Shown here: one piece after another, positions 24,200-34,567 of the stretch
How positions within the stretch are numbered: position 1 is the stretch's first letter
Layout: each line of letters starts with the position of its first letter
DNA from: Eukaryota sp. TZLM1-RC
Lineage: Eukaryota; Protista; Metamonada: BaSk clade
NCBI GenBank assembly: GCA_040285825.1
Contig: JAUPSS010000007.1
Location: 2,020,689 to 2,084,688 of the forward strand
Direction: 5' to 3'
Length of the DNA: 64,000 nt
Translations under genes and position numbers: made by a program
The notes under the pieces: model-generated
Seen by the model: only the letters and a program-made list of their open reading frames with translations
Told to the model about the DNA's origin: nothing
The model's database searches: none

Positions 24200-26300
24200 C
24201 GGTTGATTGCTTTAGCAAAGTCAGGTAATGGAATTAAACCTGATGGTATACGTCCTATTGCCATGGGAGAATCTTTATCTTGTTTGTTGGCATCGATTGG
24301 TTTTGATCGTGTTAAAGAAAAAGCTTCTCAATTTTTAAATCCACATCAATTGGATCAAAAGCATTTGATGGTGCTTCTGTTGTTGCGCTGGCTTCTGTCA
24401 CATCTTTTAATTCAGGGAATAATAATTTATTTTTAATCTTGACTTCAAAAATGCTTTTAATTCGGTGAAACGAAAAACAATTTTTGATGTAAGCAAATAT
24501 GATTTTTCTGAGCTCTCGAGTTTTTTTTACCACTTTTATGGTAAAAAAATCACATTTAATATTTAATTCATTTGCTTTGAAAACATCTTCTGCTGTAAAA
24601 CAAGGTGATCCTTTAGGCCCATTATTGTTTTGTTTAGCTATTCACAAAACTTTAAATATCATTAAGCAAAAATATCCTTCTCTAAAAAGTTGATTAAATG
24701 GATGATATATCCCTGATTGCGGCATTTGGTTTACTGAAATTGGTTGCTCAAGAAATTGCCGATTCATATGAACATAGTAGACTTCATCTTGGTGCGAGCA
24801 AATGCCTCCTGATTGGCTCTTCTGCTCAGGACCTTGTGATAAATGATTCGGTTCTCTCTTTTACTAACTACAGTAGTGATGCTTTTAAGTTCCTTAATGT
24901 TGGTTAGGAAATGTGCTTCAAATTTTGACTGCACTACAACGTATTCTGGAAACAATCATAATTGAACTTGATTCAATTTCTTCCTTTGATTTAGAAAAAG
25001 TATATTAAATTTTCTATCCTAAAAATGTGCTATACTGGCAAAATAACCCACGTTGTGAGATCTTGTGCACCTTCCATAGCATTAGATTTTCGTCAATCTT
25101 TTAATTCATTGAGAACAGAATTCTTTGTTGATTTATTGGCTGTAGATCAAGAAATGTTACAAAATCACTTATTTTCTGTAGCAAAGTTTGGAGGTGTTGG
25201 ACTTACAAAATCTTCTATTTTGTGCCAATCAGCTTTTGTGGCTGAAGCCAAGAATTTCATTTTTGAATTTTCTCGTAGATTTCCTGAATCTCATTTGTTA
25301 GATCCAAATACCAGACCATATTTGAATGACTTTTCTTCTAAGCTTCACAGTTTTCACCCCAAATCTGGATTAATTGTATTCCCCAATCAATTGAGGAAAT
25401 CCCGGAGCGACCTGTTTTTAATTTACTGTTTTGTTGTAAAATACTTCAGCAAAAATTGTCGAAGTTTTTTGAAAGCTTAGGTTTTAATGTTATACTTGGT
25501 TTGCATAAGGAAAAAACGCTTTTGCAAATCTTTGACATAATATGTATGATAGTATGTCTTCCACTTTAGTAACAACCATTCCTCAAGTGTGATTTTTTAG
25601 CTGATTTCAGCTGGACTTTGAATACTAGACTGGGCTCCTCCATCTGGCCTCATAATCGTACTTGATAATTTAACTTGTAAATGTACTCGAAAAATTACAA
25701 TTACTCATTTGGTTAATTGTAAATATCTTATTACATTTAGAAACAAGGTTCATGAGGCTGCAAGAGACCAGTTATATTATATGTGCAAGTCTCATAGAAT
25801 TGAATCTTTTTTGGACCCTCTGTTGTCAAATCTGTTTGTTGCAGAAGATGATTTTCATAAGAATAATAGAGGTGACGTCATATTATCAGGATTAGATGAA
25901 ACCTTCATTTTATTGGATGTATTGCCTGTTGATCCTTTTTATGTCTCAAATGAAAGGCTTGCTAATTCTGAAGTTCATAATCCTCTTTTAATGCTGAAAA
26001 CTTCAAAATCAAAAAATACAGTGAACCATTGTCCAAATGGTTCCCAACAGCATTCTCTATTGAACTTACTCCCACGGCTATACGATTTTTGGCAGATTTT
26101 GAAATGATTGCAAAGAGAAGAACCAACAGATATTTCAACAGTGTTTTGCCAAAATAGAATTGTGATTTCTATTTCAAGGGGATGCTGAAGATGGTTTCTA
26201 TTGCTATGCTTACTCTTGGGTCTTACTAAAAGAGTTGCATCTATTTGTTTTGTTTTGGGAGAGATGGATTATTTAAATGTTGATTTACAAGTTTTTTATT
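24200..26300 (+). mobile_element. Degenerate RLE non-LTR retroelement retaining the RT core and RLE domain
   Basis: GIRPIAMGES, LDFKNAFNSV, VKQGDPLGPLLFCLAI, (Y)MDD, GGVGLTK, CxC..H..C and RGDVI; many stops and frameshifts. Confidence 0.85.
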
Positions 26301-26791
26301 AAATATTATTAAAAAAGATTGTCCATTTGCCCATATTTCATCATTTCGTAAAAAATGTCCCAGAACCTATAGTGGGCAAAAAGCTACGAGATGATTTATG
26401 AGATGAAACTTTTTTCAAATTATGTTTTTATGTTTCAAAAAAAAACACTTCACAGCAAAACTAAAACTCCAGATCTTCATGTCCCAAATCACTCAAAAAC
26501 AGTTAACCGACAGCTTCATAAACAGTTGACTGGCAGCCGAATAAGCTCAGCTTGGTGGCAGCTTCATAAAGCTGTGCATGAGATAATAGAGCAGAAGATA
26601 ATATGGAGAAAACACCGTTAAATACTGAAAACACAATTCTGTTCTACCAAAATGTCTTGTCAAAAACCTTCCTATCAAACACTGCTTCACAATTTCAACA
26701 AAATCATCGGAGAAAAATATACTAAATGAAAAATAAACATTAATGGTGTGAGATTCGGAAAGTATTCAAGGAAAGCAAATTTGCTTTATAT

Positions 26792-26912
26792 TGTAGGTAT
26801 CTCACTAGTGAGTACCTAAGTATATAGAATAACATTAAATAAAATTATCTTTATCTTAACCCGCCTTAACTAACCCCTACATACACAGCTAGCATAATGC
26901 CTAACGGCAACA
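26792..26912 (+). repeat. 5' LTR (121 bp)
   Basis: Identical to 33644-33764. Contains the near-palindrome taggtatctcactagtgagtaccta, TATATA and AATAAA. Confidence 0.95.
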
Positions 26913-26977
26913 ATAATTATTGTGCGTCACAGGCACACCAAACACCAAACAGCAACAGCCCTGTAAACTACAAAAAG

Positions 26978-29900
26978 ATGTCTGGGGTATGTCAGACATC
27001 TTTCAGAGGAGACCCTTATAACCCTCCTCTTCACATTATTTCGAGTACAATGAGTGCTCCAACAAAGGAACCGAGTACCCCTCCTTCCTCAACGAGTTCG
27101 GATGTAGTTCATCCCACTCCTGATCAAACGAGTTCGAGTGTTTCACACTCTACTCATGGAACGTTGAGTTCGGGTGCAACCCACCCCACTCCAAACATAG
27201 ACGAGAGTTCGAGTATTTCACACTCCACTCATGGTATGGCGAGTTCGGGTGCAACCCACCCCACTCCACATTTATTTAGTTCGGGTCAACACCCCACTAT
27301 TATTCATACGAGCGGAGATCCTCGACTCCCTCCTCCAAATCCGAGTTCGGGTCAAAACCCCACTCCTAACCTAACTCTTCCGGAGGTAATCCCTCCCAAC
27401 AATAACGCCCATTCAACGGCTACTACAGCCTTGACTACGGCCAAAGTCTCGCAGGACAAACCTCCTGCCACCAGCCCAGAGTTAGAGGCGCTTCTCGCCA
27501 TTTTCTCAAAAGAAGAAAGTGAGAAACAGGAGCCAACAGACTTTGTGGAGTCTCTCCCTTCAGATACGTCCCTGTACCCAGACTTAGAAAACTGTGTTTC
27601 GGTACAAACCTTAAACGAGACTTTAGAAGGATTCAGGGAAGTTCCCCTCACCTCACAAGTTCGTAAAAACTCTATAGAGCATCTTGACAATGAGAGCAAG
27701 GAGTTGTCGGGTAGACCTGCTGAACGCAGAATACGACTATCCCCACTAGACTCCTCTTATAAATCCATCATGTCCAAGCCTCGCGCTGACAGATTCGATT
27801 TTATCGGAAAAAAGGCCACCCTCGACATATATAACTTTAGAATACGGTGGTTGGAGGTCATGGAGTATGGTCGAGACTTCTCTAACAATTTGGATGGACC
27901 TGAGAACATACACCTCCTCCCAGACTGGTTTAGGCCAGGTCTGGACAAAATTTATGAGGTCAACAGCATATCTGGAGTGGATTATACGGTAGTAAGAGAG
28001 GTTTACGAATACTACCCATCATCGACATCAAACCCTGATCTCGTTGAGATGAGACCCGCATCTCAGCCGTTCAGGCTAATTTTCGTCGAACAAGGAGTCA
28101 CCTTCAAACGAGATCATGCCAACATGAAAACGGCAGTCATTTCCACCTATAGGTCTCCCCCCAATCACCACAATGTACAAATTGGGGACACTTGGGTAAA
28201 TAACAAGGCTTTCGCCTTCACCCCAATACTAGGTATAGAGGATACGCCTTTTCAAAGCATTAGACCTTTCAGGCCATCCATTCAACTCAACATTCAAGAG
28301 GATTCGATACCTCTTCAAAAACTACAAATTGACCAACTACCGCAGCCTGTTAATCAGGACATTTCCATGGACGTCCTCACTATCCAACCATCGGACTCAT
28401 CTGTCCCAATGGAAGAATCGACCTCACATCAAACAGGTCCAGGATTGAGTAGACAAGATCTCTCCTCATCTCGATCAGGAACATTAACCGGAATCCATGA
28501 TCCACGTCAAGTTCTTGACTTAAATCTACAATCTCACGTTGGATACCACTATAAAACAAAGGCTGTAGAACACGATACGCTCCATGAGCCCCCCAGACTC
28601 GAATTTCCAGAAACTCAAATGAAAATAGTACACTTTCTACTGGAATTTGCTCTCTGGGACAGTACAGGCAGAGGAGGAACGACAAATGTCGAGAAAATAG
28701 AAATGCCTCAATCAAGTTCAGTTCAGCAGCAGAAACAAATTGCTGATATGGTCAACAGCCTATCTCAGTTACTAGCAATACAAGGAGGTGCTACAACTGA
28801 GAAACAACAACAAATAGATTCGCTAAAGTCTCAGCTTGACTCGCTTCGGACGCCCAAAATTTACAAAATAGACCCCAATTTCATTAACAAAATAGGGCCA
28901 CCTATTCATGCTTACGACCTTTTTAGGTCCATTTTGGCGACGACCAACCCCCTGGGAATTTCGGGTTGCATCAGTGCAAGAATCATTTCCTTCTGGAAAC
29001 AACAACCGATCCTTAGTATGGAACCTACAGACGCAGAAATTTTACTGCTTCTTTGTAGGAGGAGCCAATTCAACTCGCTCCACGACGCCAAACTAGCTCT
29101 CCACAAACCCCAATTCAATTGGCGTAAAGTCAATTCAATCGAAGACGCGGAAAGGGAGTTTGCTATATACATGGAAAATTTTGGAGACATCCTGAGAATG
29201 TCTACATACATCACTGATGTATCAGCTAGGATCGAAGATGTGAATCACTCGAGTGGAGTATTCACTCTTCCAATGTCAACAGTGGCTCATGCCTTTTTAA
29301 CAGGCATCAACAACTTGGCTTTCACTGAGCCCCTGTTCGAAGAATTCTGTAAAGAGAGCTATTGGAAGGACAAGCTAGTGAGCTTCCCCAAATTAACAAG
29401 GAAGGTGCGAAATGATTTATTATCATGGATGAAAGTTGCACAAAATAGGGATACGGTCCAGCTATTGAGGAAAGCTGCATCCAGACTCAAAATAGAAACT
29501 GGTGATTTTCACACCTCAGCCGGAAATAAGAGAACAAGCCAACCAGATTCATCCACCCCCAACCTTAAAAAAGAAAAACACTACAGAGGAGGCCAAAAGT
29601 TCTGTACTTTTTGTCAGAAACCAGGTTATGTTATTGCAGAATGTGAAGATCCCGGGTGCACCAGATCTCTGGTTCCACTAAATCAACGAAGAAGCGCCGG
29701 CAGAAGTAGAGGCCGAGGTAGACCATTCAGAGGTAGTTATGATAGTTTCAAAAATGTTCATAGAGGCCATAGTAGAGGCCAAGGTGGCCGTGGTACGAGA
29801 GGAAATAAACATCGTGCATATATGTTTCATATACACCAATCATCGCACGCTCCAGCTCCCGAATTGAGCCATACTTATACAACTAGCCAATCGGAACATT

Positions 29901-32900
29901 CAGCTCAAGCATCCCTCTTAAATCCACTCTCTTTCGGTGACGATAATAAAGTAGATAAATATTTGAGTTTAAACAGTTTAGAAGGAGATTTATACAATCG
30001 AGCAGATGAATCTGCACCTTGTATGAACCACAACAGATCCAAGCAGCCTCAGTTCTTAGAGCTTCAGGTTAGAATCAACGATACGGTCATCAAAGGCATG
30101 ATAGACACAGCTGCATTTTGTTCTGTCATTTCCCTCGACCTAGCAAATCGGTGTTCAATGTTCATAAACGAAAACGATATAACACAATTCATCCCTGCTA
30201 GCAATGTATCAACGAATTCGCTTGGGAGTGCACAAGGCATTCTGACGTTCAATGTTGGCAGCATCGCGAACCAAGTATCAATAAACCATACTCTCCCCAT
30301 TATACCAGGTTCGAACAAATTTTTAATTGGGGTAGACATGTTACAACAACTTGGGCTACTGACATCTGACCGTTTAGTTATTTTACTAGACGAGGAGCGC
30401 CGCACCCTGCTAAATGCTGAAGCCATATTTGATAACAGAATTAAAACTCACCAAATTGGCCACTTTGAATCAACTTCTTGCAGTGAAGAAGATTTTACTC
30501 AGCAATTAGATAGATCTGGATGTGAGATTAATTTAGATGATAGTGAGTATAATAAGAGTTTGTCTGATATATTAGCTCAATACAAGGACGTATTCAGCGA
30601 AAAGCCCAATAAAGATGGAATCGATTGTCCACCTATGACGATCCCCTTCTACAATACTAATACAATTGTACATAAACCAGCTCAAAGGCCTCAACCCAAA
30701 GAAATTACAAATAGCCAACCAGATTTTTGATGAATTGATTGAAATGGGCTATGCAATTGAATCGAACTACAAGTTCAGTTCCCCAATAGTATTAGTGATA
30801 TACCCTGATGATCGAAAACCTAGGTTGACGGGCGATTTCAGTGGTAAAGATGGAGTTAACGCTCACACAATTCCGGTCGAGTCTAACTTACCATTAATTT
30901 CAGATGTTTTGGAATTTCTGAGTCAGGCCAACTTTATTGCCACTTTGGATCTCCCAAAAGCTTTTTGGCAAATGAAAGTAGCCGACGAAGATGTTGAAAA
31001 GACATCTATCTCTATTCCTGGCAGATCTATTATGTTTAAAAGGGCATGCTTCGGACTAAAGAATATCCCAACGATTTTTCAAAATGTAATGATGGAAATT
31101 TTTCAAATAGAAGGAGTATTTATTTACATCGACGATATAATCATAATAGGATCAACCCTTCAAGAATTCTTTGACAGAATACAGAGGGTACTGCAATGCG
31201 CAAGGAGTAGAAGAGTCAACATTGGATTGAGGAAATGTTAATTCGCTACTGACAAACAACCAATTGACATTTTAGGCAGCACTTTCCAATTCAAACAACG
31301 AAAAATTAGCAAAAAACGAGTAGATGCTTTAACAAACATCCCTGCTCCAACAACTATCAAGGAAGTACGGTCATTAGTTGGCTCAGTCAATTTCATAAGA
31401 GATTGGCTCCCAAATATTTCACAACTAATAGCACCCATAAATGAGCTAATTAAGCACAAACAACGTCGTGTAAATTGGGAAGCCAAACACGATCATCTAT
31501 TAGATCAAATAAAACAACTGATTATTAATCACATGCCTCTGGAATTACCTTCACCAGACAAACGCATTCTGATTAGCACCGATGCATCTGACATCGCAGT
31601 AGGAGGAGTCATTTGGCAAGAAATAGCACCTTATGCACCCATTGGAACTGCATTAAAAGATAGGAAAGTAACACCAATTTCCTTTTATAGTAGGATTTTA
31701 ACCGATACTCAAAAGCGTTGGTCTACTTTACAAAAAGAATTGTATGCGATACTATTAATACTAACAGAAAGTCATCTGGAAAGCTTTCTCATTACTAGAC
31801 ATCTGACTATTTTCACAGATCACCGGAATATTGCATTCCTCGCCACAGCTCCTGAAAAGAACAGAATCGTCAAAAGATGGTTACCTATCTTATCAGAATT
31901 TGACTTTGATATCGTACACGAAAAAGGAGAAGACAATCACTGGGCTGACATGATGTCAAGAAACATAGACACAAATTTAGAAAATCCGGAAATAAATCGC
32001 ATCAACTACCCACATGATCCCTTTTGGCACGGTGAAATACCACCTCCTGATGACGATTCTGATTATGAAGATCCAGATCCCATCCACATTTTGGAATTAG
32101 CAAAGCACCCAGATTTGCCCATTTTTTCAAATTGGCTCTCAAAAGTTAGATCTGAGCAACAACTAGCCATAAGCAATAATGATCCATTATTCAAAAACGC
32201 TACGCTATGCAAAAACACAGAAATCTGGTTAAATAATAATAATAAAATGATAATCCCGACCAAACTAAGAAAAACGGCACTCAACCTAATACACGGTTTA
32301 ACCCAATCAGGCCACCCTAGCAAAAACGAAAGTCTTCATAAACTTTCCAAAAGCGATTTCTACTGGCCAAATATGAGAAAAGATCTCATCAAACATATAG
32401 AACGTTGCCCTACTTGCCAGAAAACAGCACCATTAAAGCAATCAAAGACTCCCTCAACTGGTTCCCTGCGGGCTAATCGCCCTTTCGCAAGATTAAACGT
32501 GGATACAATTGGACCACTCAATAAAGACAACAACGATAATAAATTTACTAGTTTTCGTCGATTCATTTACAAGGTATACAATACTTGTACCTTTAAAAGA
32601 ACTTAATGCCTTAGAAGTAGCAGATGCTTTGATATGGTACGTCTGCGCTATTTTTGGCATACCTATGTCTATACATAGTGACAATGGCCCTGAGTTCGCC
32701 AACGAAATATTTAATTTGCTTTGCCAAAGAATGTCAATTGAAGTGTCTAAATCAATTCCTTACCATTCTGAAAGCAATGGAGTGGTTGAAAGAAAACATC
32801 GAGATGTGATACAATGTATAAGGAAATTATTAATAGATTACAACGACTATGATTCATGGTCCACATATGTACCTATAACTCAACTATTAATTAATTCAAC

Positions 32901-33615
32901 CAAAAGTAGAATCACAAATCACACTCCATATGAACTGATGTTTGGGTCATCTATCAGCCCAAGATCAGATCCTGCTAACATCCTAGGAGGCATTTTCGAT
33001 TTCGAATCCAATGTACCACTTTTTCAAGACCTCAAATTTAAGAATGAACGTCTTCAAAAAAGATGGGAAGAAGCAGAGCATCACCAACTATTAAGTACAC
33101 CCAGTCATACGAAAAACATAGATGAAAATACATTTAATATTGGTGACTATATTCTTCGAAAGACTAAACAACCTAATAAATTGCATGGATCTTGGTTAGG
33201 CCCATATCTGGTTTTAGAAACCCCTTCCAACTCCACCTTAATATAGAACCTGACGACTGGTGAACAAACAAAAGTATCTAAAAGGGACTGTAAAATCTAT
33301 AACGCTGACGATCCTAACGATGTCGATCTACTTAGAGCAAACGCAGCCACAGATTCAGGTAAACATGTCATCGAAGAAATCCTTGACGAGTATAATACTG
33401 CTCAAGGACCCTTCTGTACTGTAAGATGGTTTGGTGGAGATACTACCGAGGAACCACTCCATTCTATCAGATATTCAGAAGCGTATCAACGATTTAATAA
33501 GAAAACAAATAAAAGAAAACGTAAATCTATTAAATCCAACAACGCAGCTCGGGCTCTCCTCGTGCCTCAGCAAAAGCGTTATCCGCAAAGGAAGCGGAAG
33601 AACAACTGTAAATAA
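26978..33615 (+). pseudogene. gag-pol polyprotein with four disruptions (frameshifts ~30680 and ~32545; in-frame TAA 31239 and TAG 33244)
   Basis: Zn knuckle CTFCQKPGYVIAEC, protease IDTAA, RT LDLPKAFWQ/YIDD, RNase H TDASD/KELYA/FTDH, integrase HHCC and D..D..E, and the chromodomain-like HVIEEILDEY..CTVRWFGGDTTEEP after the TAG. Confidence 0.88.
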
Positions 33616-33643
33616 TTTTAATTAAGAAAACGGGAGAAGGTAG

Positions 33644-33764
33644 TGTAGGTATCTCACTAGTGAGTACCTAAGTATATAGAATAACATTAAATAAAATTAT
33701 CTTTATCTTAACCCGCCTTAACTAACCCCTACATACACAGCTAGCATAATGCCTAACGGCAACA
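33644..33764 (+). repeat. 3' LTR (121 bp)
   Basis: Identical to the 5' LTR and preceded by a polypurine tract. Confidence 0.95.
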
Positions 33765-34567
33765 ATATTTATCAATTTTCGTTTTCTCAGCAACAGACAG
33801 CTCAAATTTTGCTCCCTCTCGGACATCCACCAATCGGTGTTCTAGTCGTAGGCAATTTGACTATATTGTTCGTACATGTCCCCCAAAACAATAATGATAG
33901 CATTGCATTTTATGTTAGAGATTTGATAGGTAAGATAATGTTGATGAAGTATGCGACCATGAATGTAAAATTGATGAATTACGCAAAGCTCCCTGTTCCC
34001 AAATTACATTAACATTTCAAACAATATTGTTGTGATTAAAACAAGCGAGTTATGAGCAGAATTAATGACGATAATCTTCGATCATAAATTTGAATAGGAA
34101 TAAGATACAGTCTACGTTTGGGTCATTAAAAGATGAGTCAAATATTGGGAAGATTATTAATTGACAACAGTGATTGATTTATTAATCATTTCAATATCAA
34201 GGAGACCAGGTGATAGCCTTTCCTTCCAGACTTGCTTATCAACATTTCATAGAAATAACGTCGAGATTAAGATTGAAATTTGGTTGTCTTGATTGTTTCA
34301 ATTGTTCAAATTGGGGAACTTTTAGAGAACAGACTTCCATCACCTATAAAAATTATCAAAATCATTCAATTGTTTGTCAATTCTTTAGTCTTTCTCTTGG
34401 ATTAAAACCTTTCAGTATAGCTTAATAAATGATAGTTTGTAAACAGAATTGAGAATTGCTTTAATAACTTTATTTCAAAAACAAGGATGTGAGGGTTATG
34501 ACAAAGGTAACACACCAAAAGGAAACATCGACCTATTTCCAAAGTCAACCCAGCATGTAATCAATCT

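Larger units (their letters stand above)
26792..33764 (+). mobile_element. Full-length Ty3/Gypsy chromovirus-like LTR retrotransposon
   Basis: Identical 121-bp TG..CA LTRs, 4-bp TSD ATAT (26788-26791 / 33765-33768), PPT aagaaaacgggagaaggtag, and domain order Gag-PR-RT-RNaseH-IN-chromodomain. Confidence 0.95.

Noticed and set aside
26897-26977. ORF-track start of the 1277-aa protein, and ORF 33749-34012
   Set aside because: The ATG lies inside the LTR and recurs in the 3' LTR. The real Gag start is more likely 26978 or 27050.
27090-27370. Spaced direct repeats (gagttcgggt..caccccactcc) superficially like a CRISPR array
   Set aside because: Degenerate, irregularly spaced, in-frame peptide repeats inside Gag, in a eukaryotic context with no cas genes.
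31239-33246. In-frame TAA/TAG in pol (and in the MULE ORF) suggesting a TAR=Gln genetic code
   Set aside because: Conserved host genes end at TAG/TAA at the expected positions and contain no internal TAR codons. These stops are ordinary decay.
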